DNA of 64,000 nt, taken from assembly GCA_013287885.1 (NCBI GenBank), contig JABDCZ010000003.1, positions 12,801-76,800 on the forward strand. Direction: 5' to 3'. Below, one piece after another: positions 17,767-26,397 of the stretch. The number at the start of each line of letters is the position of its first letter. Position 1 is the first letter of the stretch. The DNA comes from Gammaproteobacteria bacterium (GTDB lineage: Bacteria > Pseudomonadota > Gammaproteobacteria > DSM-16500). Made by a program: the position numbers and the translations under genes. The notes under the pieces were generated by a model, which did not search any database, was not told the DNA's origin, and saw nothing but the letters and a program-made list of their open reading frames with translations.

Positions 17767-18876
17767 TTGCAGTTTCATGCTTCCGAAAAAACTCGATATG
17801 CACGCCAACAATTATTGCCTGATATTGGTGAATTAGGGCAGATGCACCTTCGCAATGCCCGCGTGCTTTGCATTGGTGCAGGGGGGTTGGGTTCGCCATT
17901 ATTATTATATCTCGCAGCTGCTGGTGTCGGTACGATTGGTATCGTGGATCATGATATTGTTGAGCTTTCAAATTTACATCGCCAAATTATTTTTAATTCG
18001 GAAGATGTTGGTACAAAAAAAGTTTCTGCAGCTAAAAATAGGATACATGCATTAAATCCGCATATAGAAGTTCTGAGTTATGAAGACAAAATATCACGAG
18101 CCAATGCAGAAAGTATCATTGCATCGTTCGATATTATTGCTGATGGTACCGATAATTTTAACGCACGATACATTATTAATGATGCTTGTTTTCGTTTAAA
18201 AAAACCGAATGTGTCTGCAAGTATTTTCCAATTTGAAGGACAATGTAGCATATTCACCGATGATAATGGTCCGTGCTATCGGTGTTTATACCCCGATATG
18301 CCTTCTTCTCAATGGATGCCTAATTGTGCTGAGAGTGGAGTATTAGGTGTTTTGCCTGGTATATTGGGCACGATACAAGCGACCGAAGTGTTGAAATGGA
18401 TTTTAAAAATAGGCAATTCATTAAAAAATCGTTTATTAACCGTCGATGCGCGAGAAATGCAGTTTCGTGAATTTCAGATTGAAAAAAATCCGCATTGTAT
18501 TTTATGCGGTGAAAATGCATCGCGCGAAAATTTGATTGATAGTTTAATTGATAGAGAGGAGCAATGTATGAATGCTGTTATTCCAGAAATTTCCATTCAA
18601 GAGTTAAAAGCTTTGCAAGATAAAGGCGAAGAATTTGTTTTATTAGACGTGCGTGAACCGAGTGAATACGCTGAATGTGAAATGGGTGGTAAGCTCATTC
18701 CGATTGGTGAATTGGCAGCGCGCGTGAGTGAGCTCGATCCCACCAAAAAAACGATTGTGCATTGTCGTGGGGGTGGACGTAGTAAGCGCGGTGTTGAAAT
18801 ATTAAAAAATGCAGGATTTCACGATGCGCGTAATTTAACGGGTGGGATTACGGCATGGTTGAAAACTTTTCCCTAA
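17767..18876 (+). CDS. MoeB/ThiF-type E1 adenylyltransferase fused to a rhodanese domain (MoeZ/MoeBR type sulfurtransferase)
   Basis: TTG start. RYARQQLLPDIGELGQ..., VLCIGAGGLGSP nucleotide loop, two CxxC pairs (CYRC, CILC), and a C-terminal rhodanese with the active-site loop HCRGGGRS. Confidence 0.9.
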   Translation: MQFHASEKTRYARQQLLPDIGELGQMHLRNARVLCIGAGGLGSPLLLYLAAAGVGTIGIVDHDIVELSNLHRQIIFNSEDVGTKKVSAAKNRIHALNPHIEVLSYEDKISRANAESIIASFDIIADGTDNFNARYIINDACFRLKKPNVSASIFQFEGQCSIFTDDNGPCYRCLYPDMPSSQWMPNCAESGVLGVLPGILGTIQATEVLKWILKIGNSLKNRLLTVDAREMQFREFQIEKNPHCILCGENASRENLIDSLIDREEQCMNAVIPEISIQELKALQDKGEEFVLLDVREPSEYAECEMGGKLIPIGELAARVSELDPTKKTIVHCRGGGRSKRGVEILKNAGFHDARNLTGGITAWLKTFP

Positions 18877-18879
18877 ATT

Positions 18880-18961
18880 CGTCGTCCCGCGACTTGTTCG
18901 CGGGATCCAGTGGCAGCTTCTATGTGGCTCTGGATCCCGCGGACAAGCCGCGGGACGACGG
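18880..18961. repeat. GC-rich compound palindromic element, copy 1 (CGTCGTCCCGCGA...TCGCGGGACGACG family)
   Basis: Conserved ~31-nt arms flank an ~18-nt variable centre. Each arm contains its own hairpin (cccgcga/tcgcggg). Located between the E1 gene and ycaO. Confidence 0.85.
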
Positions 18962-18992
18962 ATATAAGTTTATTTTATGATAGGTTTTCTTT

Positions 18993-20057
18993 TTGCTTAA
19001 AATAGATAAAAAACTACCCCCCTATCTCCAAACTCTCGGCATCACTCGCGTTGCAGACATTACCGGATTAGATTGCATTGGTATTCCAACAGCGCTTGCC
19101 ATTCGTCCGAATGGCAAACATATTTCAGTTTCCATGGGAAAAGGTTTGACGCAAGAATCAGCTTATATTTCAGCAGTCATGGAATCGATGGAAATATTTC
19201 ATTTAGAAAATCCGCCTGCGATTTCTTTTGAAGATATTTATTCAGAAAACTGTGTTTCACCTGCACTTTTTAACACGGGATTTTTTTTAAAAAATAATTG
19301 GGATCATGAAGTCCTTGCATGGACTAAAGCATTTCATCTTTTCGACAATAAAGAAATTTATATTCCTCATGCGCTAACCAATCTTGATTCAACGGTTCCA
19401 TGTGCGCATCGTGCATTTTTCGATGTGAGCACCAATGGCATGGGGGCGGGAGAAAATGTTGATGATGCGATTTGTCATGCGCTTTGTGAGGTGATAGAGA
19501 GGGATAGTTTAGCGCGTTTTGCTTTATTGCCTGATCATATTCGTCAAACAAAATTGTTTAATCAAAGTGAAATATCTTCAACAAATCATGACTTAATTGA
19601 AAAATTTTTACGACAAAATATGTCTTTGAAGATATGGGATATTACTTCTCATTTTAATATTCCAACTTTTCATTGTGTGTGTCATGATCCAAATCCTTTT
19701 CGTTTACAAGGAATTTTTCGAGGAACGGGCACACATTGGAATGCTGATATTGCATTAATACGTGCGCTTTTGGAAGTGGCGCAATCGCGTTTAGCGCTTA
19801 TTTCGGGATCGAGAGATGATATTTTTGCGGAGCAATATGAAATCAAAGTGCTCTGTCATCCCCGTGAAGACGGGGATCCATTCAAAATAAATCACACGGA
19901 GCGTGGGAATGGCAAAATAGATTCGTCAATTTTAAAATCTCAAATTTTAACACGCCTATACGAAAATAATATCAATGATGTATTCATGGTAATACACACA
20001 AAACCTGAATTGAATATTCCTGTCGTACAAGTTTTTATTCCAGGTTTGATGCGATGA
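18993..20057 (+). CDS. YcaO-family ATP-dependent amide-activating enzyme (short, single-domain)
   Basis: 354 aa, TTG start. ITRVADITGLDCIGIPTALAIRP, SAVMESMEIFH, CEVIERDS and the C-terminal IPVVQVFIPGLMR tail match the YcaO ATP/Mg-binding and proline-rich C-terminal motifs. Confidence 0.85.
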   Translation: MLKIDKKLPPYLQTLGITRVADITGLDCIGIPTALAIRPNGKHISVSMGKGLTQESAYISAVMESMEIFHLENPPAISFEDIYSENCVSPALFNTGFFLKNNWDHEVLAWTKAFHLFDNKEIYIPHALTNLDSTVPCAHRAFFDVSTNGMGAGENVDDAICHALCEVIERDSLARFALLPDHIRQTKLFNQSEISSTNHDLIEKFLRQNMSLKIWDITSHFNIPTFHCVCHDPNPFRLQGIFRGTGTHWNADIALIRALLEVAQSRLALISGSRDDIFAEQYEIKVLCHPREDGDPFKINHTERGNGKIDSSILKSQILTRLYENNINDVFMVIHTKPELNIPVVQVFIPGLMR

Positions 20058-21490
20058 ATATTATTGTTTTTTTAGGTCCATCGCTTGCCATTAATGAAGC
20101 GAAAAAAATATTACCCGATGCCATGTATTTACCGCCAGCGGCGGCGGGGGATATTTTGCATGTGATACGTTTAAAACCCAAGATGATTGCCATTATTGAT
20201 GGATTTTTCGAAAAAAAGGCGTCTATTCTTCATAAAGAAATTTTATTTGCTTTGGAATCGGGGATTGCGGTATTTGGTGCAAGTAGTATGGGAGCATTGC
20301 GTGCGCGAGAGTGTCAATTCTATGGAATGATAGGTATTGGCAAAATTTATGAAAAATATTTTGTCGATTGTAATGAAGATGACGCCGTTGCCATGTTGCA
20401 TGCATTATCTTCTGAGGAATATGCGCCAAAAACGATAGCATTAATGGATGTCATTTTTACTTTAGAAAAAGCAGTAGCATCAAATATTATTGATAAAGAA
20501 ATCGCATCTTTAATTGAAAAATCAGCGCGAGAGCTTTTTTATATTTATCGAACATTCGAAAACATTGTAGAAAAAGTTAAACAAAATTCTGAAGTAAATA
20601 TATCTTGTTTTGAAAAATGGATTTTACAAAATGGATGGGTTAATCAGAAAAAAGAAGACGCCATTTCTCTTTTACAATATTTATCAACAAATCCTGAAAT
20701 TAAAAAAATTAATTTTTGTTTTGCGCGTTCTTTGTTTTTTCGTGCACACTATAAAAATGCAATGTGCCAGCCTTTTCCTTTTGATCACGAAGATTTACCT
20801 ATTGCTGAAAAAATTGCAATTCAAGCTAAAAATAATGGAATTATTTATCGACAATTGCAGCGTATCTCTTATTTGCTCGCCATATGTTTTGCGCTTTCCA
20901 AAAAATATGTTGTAGGAGTGGATTGGGGAAAATTAGATACGCCTCAAAAACGATTTTCTGCTATTGAAAATCTTATGCAGACGCAAACCCATTCATCACA
21001 TCTATTTTATTTATATTCTTTAATGCGTTTATCATCCGAAAAGGAATATCAATATTATCGTGATCAAGTTTCATCTGAAGATAAAATGGCAGAAATGTTT
21101 TTAGAAGATTCGCCTGTAAAATACCGTGTATTTGAATTATGTGCAAAATTGTGGGGGCTGGTTGAGCATTTCATTTCGAATTTTTTACCTCACCCGAAGT
21201 TTGTGCAAGTATACAGTGATAAGTTTCGTTTAAAACATGAATTATTAACGCCTGACGATACGATGAAATGGTTACAGCAAAATGATCTTACATTAAAAAC
21301 CTATCAAGATTTGATGACAATGGCGACTCGGTTTAATTATATTGTGATGCAAAATAATGTGGAGGTCTTAGGTATTTTAGATCATGAAGAAAATATTTGG
21401 TGGTTTGGGGATGCGATGGAATTGTCGGGATCAGTTATCTCAATAACGTCGTCCCGCGACTTGTTCGCGGGATCCAGAGCAACATCGTAG
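20054..21490 (+). CDS. TfuA-domain protein with a ~250-aa C-terminal extension
   Basis: N-terminal IVFLGPSL...LPPAAAGDIL...IAIIDGFF...HKEILFALESGIAVFGASSMGALRA is the TfuA signature. The start overlaps the ycaO stop (ATGA). 478 aa in total. Confidence 0.8.
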   Translation: MNIIVFLGPSLAINEAKKILPDAMYLPPAAAGDILHVIRLKPKMIAIIDGFFEKKASILHKEILFALESGIAVFGASSMGALRARECQFYGMIGIGKIYEKYFVDCNEDDAVAMLHALSSEEYAPKTIALMDVIFTLEKAVASNIIDKEIASLIEKSARELFYIYRTFENIVEKVKQNSEVNISCFEKWILQNGWVNQKKEDAISLLQYLSTNPEIKKINFCFARSLFFRAHYKNAMCQPFPFDHEDLPIAEKIAIQAKNNGIIYRQLQRISYLLAICFALSKKYVVGVDWGKLDTPQKRFSAIENLMQTQTHSSHLFYLYSLMRLSSEKEYQYYRDQVSSEDKMAEMFLEDSPVKYRVFELCAKLWGLVEHFISNFLPHPKFVQVYSDKFRLKHELLTPDDTMKWLQQNDLTLKTYQDLMTMATRFNYIVMQNNVEVLGILDHEENIWWFGDAMELSGSVISITSSRDLFAGSRATS

Positions 21491-21527
21491 GGCTTTCTGG
21501 ATCCCGCGAACAAGTCGCGGGACGACG
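21447..21527. repeat. GC-rich compound palindromic element, copy 2, overlapping the 3' end of the TfuA gene
   Basis: Same arms as copy 1. The tfuA reading frame runs into the element, giving ...SSRDLFAGSRATS*. Confidence 0.85.
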
Positions 21528-21603
21528 AGATTCTTGAAAACTTTTGATATTGTGGCATAATCCGGCCGTAAATAAATAATAACATTGAATAAGGATAATA
21601 AAT

Positions 21604-22149
21604 ATGAATCTGCGTGCCAGATATCTCGAAGCGCTTAATGCTCTCAAAGAAGAAAATAATAAATTTAGAAAGATAGTTCTTAAAGAGCCATCTGCTCAAA
21701 CCAAAGAAGAAAATGATGTGTTGAAAGAGCCGCTCAATTTTTTTATGCCTGCTCTTGAAAAGTTACAAACTTTTTCTAAAGATGCTGATGAATTAATTAA
21801 AATTCTCAGTCCTGAAGATGAAGAGCAAGTAAAAAATATTTTTGACGATGCACAAAATAATATGGAAATTGCAATATTACGTGTCGATAAGGGACCAAAG
21901 ATTGATCCTTTTGATTCACGTTCGGTCTCAAAAGCTCTATTTAAGGGTGTATTTGCACAAGCAGAACTTCAAGAAAAAATAGCAAAATGCAAAGAATTTG
22001 AAGCCAAGCATGCGTCCAAGGAAACTACTAAACCCGATGTGACCATGACCGCTGAACTCGATTCGAAACCAACACCAAAATCTACGCAAGATGTTATGGA
22101 AGATGATGGAGAAGAAATCATGAATCGCATCCGCCGGACGCGTTGTTAA
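21604..22149 (+). CDS. Hypothetical coiled-coil protein
   Basis: 181-aa ORF with AAGGA upstream; no domain recognised. Confidence 0.5.
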   Translation: MNLRARYLEALNALKEENNKFRKIVLKEPSAQTKEENDVLKEPLNFFMPALEKLQTFSKDADELIKILSPEDEEQVKNIFDDAQNNMEIAILRVDKGPKIDPFDSRSVSKALFKGVFAQAELQEKIAKCKEFEAKHASKETTKPDVTMTAELDSKPTPKSTQDVMEDDGEEIMNRIRRTRC

Positions 22150-22154
22150 AAACT

Positions 22155-22188
22155 CTGTCATGCCAGCATGCTTCTAGCTGGCATCCAG
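22155..22188. repeat. TGTCATGCCAGC-family element (partial copy)
   Basis: ctgtcatgccagcatgcttctagctggcatccag. Confidence 0.55.
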
Positions 22189-22263
22189 AATGGTCTTTAA
22201 TAAAGACTCTGAATGCCAGAGCCCTTTTATCTGGAATTCGCGTTTATAATAAAGGAAAATGTA

Positions 22264-23736
22264 ATGCCAATAAAAGAAAACCAAATTAACCTTTTAAAAA
22301 AAATACTAGCCAATAAAATTTCTACCATAGCAGAAGATTTAAAAAAACATAGTGGTAATCAATTCTATTCAGAATCATGTTTACCCGATGCTGTATGTTA
22401 TGCAGAATCAGAAAAGGATATTATTGCTCTTACTAATTTTTGCGTGAAATATCAAATTCCAATAATTCCTTATGGAAGCGGAACAAGTGTGGAAGGCCAT
22501 TTAACGCCAGTATTAGGAGGCATTTCACTTGATTTAAGTAAAATGAATAAAATTATTACGTTTCAACCAAAAGATTATTTAATTGTCGTTGAACCTGGAA
22601 TATCTTACAACAAATTAAATGAATTTTTAGAACCACATGGCTTCCATTTTCCGGTAGAAGCAGGTTTCGGCGCAAGTATTGGGGGTATGGTTGCAACTAA
22701 TGCATCTGGTGCAGGTGCAACAGACTCAGGCTCTATGGCACAAAATATACTAGGATGTTCAGTCATTTCATATAAAAATGAAGAAGCTTATAAAATTACT
22801 ACTGGTAGTCATTCACTAAAATCCTCAGCGGGATACAACATGACTGCATTATTTGCTGGCTCTGAAGGTACGTTAGGAATCATTACAGAAATTTCTCTTA
22901 AAATAAGAAAAAATTTACCATGTAACTTTACAATTTGTACTCAATTCGATGATATATCATCGGCTATTGATTTTGTTATTGCAACCAAAGGTATTATACG
23001 TTTCAGAAGAGTGGAATTACTTGATAAATTGCAAACTGAAATGTGTATACAATTTTCAAATATTGATATTCTTGATAAAAATAAAAATACTATTCTTATT
23101 GAATTATTTGGATCATATGCTGTAATTGAAGATGAAGCAAAAATTATCAATATGAATATAAAAAAATTTGGTGGAAGTAATTTTCAAATTTATAGAGATA
23201 AGCAATCAGCGGAATTTATTTGGAAAATGCGTAAAAATGCTTGTCCCGCTGTTTTGAGTTGTTCTTCAAAATCTAAGAAAGCTATGGCAACAGATGCTTG
23301 CGTACCCTTATCAAAATTATCGGAATGTATTAATTCGTGTTACGTTGAAATGAAAAAATTAGGAATAAATGCTCCTTTAGTTGCTCATGTTGGTGATGGT
23401 AATTTTCATTTTACATTAACAGTGGATCCGAGTGACAAAGGAGAATTTGCTAAAAATCTTGCATTTAATAAGTTCATTGTAAATGAGGCGTTAAAATTTA
23501 AAGGCACTTGTACTGGCGAACATGGTATTGGTTTCGGAAAAAAATCATATTTAGAAACGCAATATAAAGATAGTTTATTCTTAATGAAGCAAATAAAAAA
23601 AACATTAGATCCTTTAAATATTTTTAATCCAGGGAAAATTATTAATATGGAAAATAAAAATGATCATGATTGTTATAATTCCACTAACTGTTCAGACACC
23701 TCTTATTCTGAACCGAAGATAAGGGCAAAAATTTAA
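22264..23736 (+). CDS. FAD-linked oxidase, GlcD / D-lactate dehydrogenase family
   Basis: ATG at 22264 after AAGGAAA. PCMH-type FAD-binding pattern PIIPYGSGTSVEGH, C-terminal GTCTGEHGIGFGK and LDPLNIFNPGKI. Confidence 0.85.
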   Translation: MPIKENQINLLKKILANKISTIAEDLKKHSGNQFYSESCLPDAVCYAESEKDIIALTNFCVKYQIPIIPYGSGTSVEGHLTPVLGGISLDLSKMNKIITFQPKDYLIVVEPGISYNKLNEFLEPHGFHFPVEAGFGASIGGMVATNASGAGATDSGSMAQNILGCSVISYKNEEAYKITTGSHSLKSSAGYNMTALFAGSEGTLGIITEISLKIRKNLPCNFTICTQFDDISSAIDFVIATKGIIRFRRVELLDKLQTEMCIQFSNIDILDKNKNTILIELFGSYAVIEDEAKIINMNIKKFGGSNFQIYRDKQSAEFIWKMRKNACPAVLSCSSKSKKAMATDACVPLSKLSECINSCYVEMKKLGINAPLVAHVGDGNFHFTLTVDPSDKGEFAKNLAFNKFIVNEALKFKGTCTGEHGIGFGKKSYLETQYKDSLFLMKQIKKTLDPLNIFNPGKIINMENKNDHDCYNSTNCSDTSYSEPKIRAKI

Positions 23737-24430
23737 AAAATAATAATTCAGGATCAAATTTATAATTAATTTTATTTGTATCGTATATATTAATTCCTTC
23801 TTTTCGTTTTAGATAATTCATCAGAAAGAGAAGAGGGAAGATCATTATTAGGGAATAAACCATTTTTAATATCCATGAGGATATAATTAAACCTAGAATA
23901 CCTTTGATCGGTATTACACCAAAATATGTAATAATATATGTTATGATATTAAAAACAATTTCAGAAATAGCTGTTGACCATAAGCATCTTTGAACAAAAT
24001 ATTTACCCTGAAAGAAAAATTTAAGACGAGTGATTTTATAAATATTTGTTAGATCGCTAAATAGTAAACCAATTAAACAACCACCTACCAAGCGAATCCC
24101 ATGCCCAAAAGCTTGGATAAATACTTCTTGATGTGGGGCTGTTTCTACTGATGGCATTCGTACTATGATGGCAATTATTGCTGTAAATGCAGAAAGACAA
24201 AATACGCTTGAATAAATCATTCGTAAAGCCAGGTCTCTTCCATATGCTTCTGCAACAGCGCCTCCAAGTAGGTAGGTTAAAGGAAAGATAAAAATTCCGC
24301 CTGGCTCACTGAAGCCGAAAAAATTTATAATTTTATATGGCAATAACGTTGATGCAATAAGAAGAGTACAATAAAACATTGAAATAAAAGTGAAATATTT
24401 AAATTGTTGATTAGGTCTTTCGTGAATCAT
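23684..24430 (-). CDS. yhhQ: VUT-family queuosine-precursor transporter (YhhQ-like)
   Basis: 248 aa, polytopic. FIFPLTYLLGGAVAEAYG matches the YhhQ/DUF165 signature. Confidence 0.75.
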   Translation of the reverse strand: MIHERPNQQFKYFTFISMFYCTLLIASTLLPYKIINFFGFSEPGGIFIFPLTYLLGGAVAEAYGRDLALRMIYSSVFCLSAFTAIIAIIVRMPSVETAPHQEVFIQAFGHGIRLVGGCLIGLLFSDLTNIYKITRLKFFFQGKYFVQRCLWSTAISEIVFNIITYIITYFGVIPIKGILGLIISSWILKMVYSLIMIFPLLFLMNYLKRKEGINIYDTNKINYKFDPELLFFKFLPLSSVQNKRCLNS

Positions 24431-24436
24431 TTTTAG

Positions 24437-24910
24437 TTATTTCCGTAAATATTTTTTTATGAATTCCATTCCCCATATGCAACCAATTTTATGAGCGTCT
24501 AGAGAAGAAATATTTTTGATTAAATTTTTGTCTAGGGAGGCATTTTCTGCCGTGACAGTAATCTTATTTTTAGTGATAACATTTGTAAAAGTTAGCATTT
24601 CGCTATTTGTTTCCTGACAAAAAAAAGTATCTGATAAAACTAATTGGCTTTTATGATATGTGATTTCAAATAATTGTTTTATATCTAATGGAGAAAAGTA
24701 TTGAAAAAGATTTTCGTCAATAATTTTTTTAGGATCAACTTCAAGAACATGCGATTGTCCAGAAAATTGAATTTGTGCAAGAAGCTCACTTTGTTTTTCG
24801 ATGATTTTAATTAATTTACACGGATATGGTAAAGCTTTTTTTTCCAATTGAATATACTTTGTAGTTAACCACTGAATAATATTAAAAAGATTCAGTTCTT
24901 TTTTTTTCAT
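24437..24910 (-). CDS. Hypothetical protein co-transcribed with the CI-like repressor
   Basis: ATG at 24910 after AAGGAA, 10 nt downstream of the repressor stop. 157 aa; no domain recognised. Confidence 0.5.
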   Translation of the reverse strand: MKKKELNLFNIIQWLTTKYIQLEKKALPYPCKLIKIIEKQSELLAQIQFSGQSHVLEVDPKKIIDENLFQYFSPLDIKQLFEITYHKSQLVLSDTFFCQETNSEMLTFTNVITKNKITVTAENASLDKNLIKNISSLDAHKIGCIWGMEFIKKYLRK

Positions 24911-24920
24911 ATGTATTTCC

Positions 24921-25610
24921 TTATTCGTTAATCTTGTGATCATATATAGTTCTAATGACCGTACCTATAATTCTATCTTTTATAGAAATTTTTCGGATTG
25001 TATCAAATTTATTATTAAATGCATTAATGAAGTTTCCATCGTGATTTTTTATGAAATGGCGCAGGATTGGCTTTTCTGTATTATAAATTTGTATAATAAT
25101 GTAATTATTATTTTGCGGTAATAATTCCGGTTCGACAATAACTTTACAATTTTCTAAAAAAAGGGGCTCCATGCTTTGATCAGAAACATTCATAGCAAAT
25201 GCCCTTTTACTAACTTTGCATTCGGAAATTATAAATTTGGTGGGTTTGTATTTATCGATTTCAAGGATTTGGAATTCATTAAATAAAGGGATTTCGTTCC
25301 AGCCAAAATGATTATTGGATGTGTATCCTTTCCAAGTTGTTGTTACATCTTTTTCTCCGATGAATTCACTTAATGATAGCATAAAGTAATCAGCAAGTGG
25401 TTTCATCGTTAATAATTTGGGATTTTTATTTTCTCCCGATAATAAACGATGAATGATGGGTTGTCTAACATTTGTTCGTCTGCTAAGTTCACTTTCAGAA
25501 ATATTTGCTAATAACATAAGTTTTTTTAAATTTTTGGCAATATTGGGGTAAAATTTTTTTTCCTTAGAAAGACTTATTTTTTTTTTCGATTTAGACGAAT
25601 TATTTTCCAC
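24921..25610 (-). CDS. Phage CI/LexA-like repressor (XRE HTH plus peptidase S24 domain)
   Basis: HTH ANISESELSRRTNVRQPIIHRLLSG. S24 nucleophile motif VSDQSMEPLF. The C-terminal beta-rich region aligns by eye to lambda CI. Confidence 0.8.
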   Translation of the reverse strand: MENNSSKSKKKISLSKEKKFYPNIAKNLKKLMLLANISESELSRRTNVRQPIIHRLLSGENKNPKLLTMKPLADYFMLSLSEFIGEKDVTTTWKGYTSNNHFGWNEIPLFNEFQILEIDKYKPTKFIISECKVSKRAFAMNVSDQSMEPLFLENCKVIVEPELLPQNNNYIIIQIYNTEKPILRHFIKNHDGNFINAFNNKFDTIRKISIKDRIIGTVIRTIYDHKINE

Positions 25611-25700
25611 AAATATTGTCTCTTAAAATAATTTAATAATTAATAAAATTGAATTTAATAAATGTATCATTTTTTTAAATAAGCAACTATAAAATTTTTT

Positions 25701-25744
25701 ATACTCCAAAGTATTGATCATTATAATATTATACTTTAGAGTAT
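25701..25744. promoter_or_regulatory. Two ATACT-N4-AGTAT palindromes bracketing a TATAAT box (candidate operators in the divergent promoter region)
   Basis: Site 1 is 25701-25714 (atactccaaagtat) and site 2 is 25731-25744 (atactttagagtat), with centres 30 bp apart. TATAAT lies at 25722-25727. Confidence 0.5.
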
Positions 25745-25776
25745 ATTCGGATTAGATTTTGAAGGATTATTAATTT

Positions 25777-26232
25777 ATGGCAGCATTGGAACCCTTGTGT
25801 CATTTATTTGGAGTAAACCCAAATAAATTTTCAAAATATGAAAATATTTTAATCGAAACAGATATTTTTATAAGAATATTTGAGAAACTTAAAGAATTTT
25901 ACAGGCAGCAACATTCTATTCACTCTTTTATATCGTTAAAATTAAATGGAGACATGATAAACATGATGGATTCAAACATAGCAAAGCATATTATTAATGA
26001 TATTACCTCTACAAATGAATATACCATCCAAGGAATTTCAAATTATACAAGCATTCATGTAGATATACTCACTGATCTTGCAGCAGGATTAAATACAAAT
26101 CCATTGTTAACAAATTTTAGAAGAATAGTTGAATTACATCGAGAGGTTAGGCCTAAGTTATATCATACAATAGCAAAAAAAATTATTGCTGAGTTTGAAT
26201 TAATTTGTGAGGATGTAGACTCAAGTATATAA
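25777..26232 (+). CDS. Hypothetical protein, divergent from the CI-like repressor
   Basis: 151-aa ORF; no domain recognised. Confidence 0.45.
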   Translation: MAALEPLCHLFGVNPNKFSKYENILIETDIFIRIFEKLKEFYRQQHSIHSFISLKLNGDMINMMDSNIAKHIINDITSTNEYTIQGISNYTSIHVDILTDLAAGLNTNPLLTNFRRIVELHREVRPKLYHTIAKKIIAEFELICEDVDSSI

Positions 26233-26324
26233 GTTGTTAAACTTTTCAAAGGCGCGATGATTATTTAAAAAATCACCATACATTCCTTATACTAGTTATA
26301 TACATTCAAATTATTGTATCCTTT

Positions 26325-26397
26325 TTGTCATCCTGAGCGGAGCGTTGAAATCTTTTTAATTTTCGTTAGACCTCTCGCTTTCGCTAAGGATGAGAAG
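26325..26397. repeat. Palindromic REP-like element (TGTCATCCTGAGCG ... CGCTAAGGATGA)
   Basis: The 12-nt terminal arms are complementary with one mismatch. The motif gagcg(g/t)agcg is also seen at 31290 and 62222. Confidence 0.5.

Noticed and set aside
20610-20915. Internal out-of-frame ORFs within tfuA, ycaO and the E1 gene (20610..20915, 20223..20441, 19324..19551, 18320..18520, 17855..18055, 17714..17971)
   Set aside because: They are embedded in genes with clear family motifs and have the AT-rich random-ORF composition.
22213-22263. Upstream extension of the FAD-linked oxidase ORF (track start 22213)
   Set aside because: The extension begins in repeat-derived sequence. The ATG at 22264 has an AAGGAAA RBS and gives a normal N-terminus.
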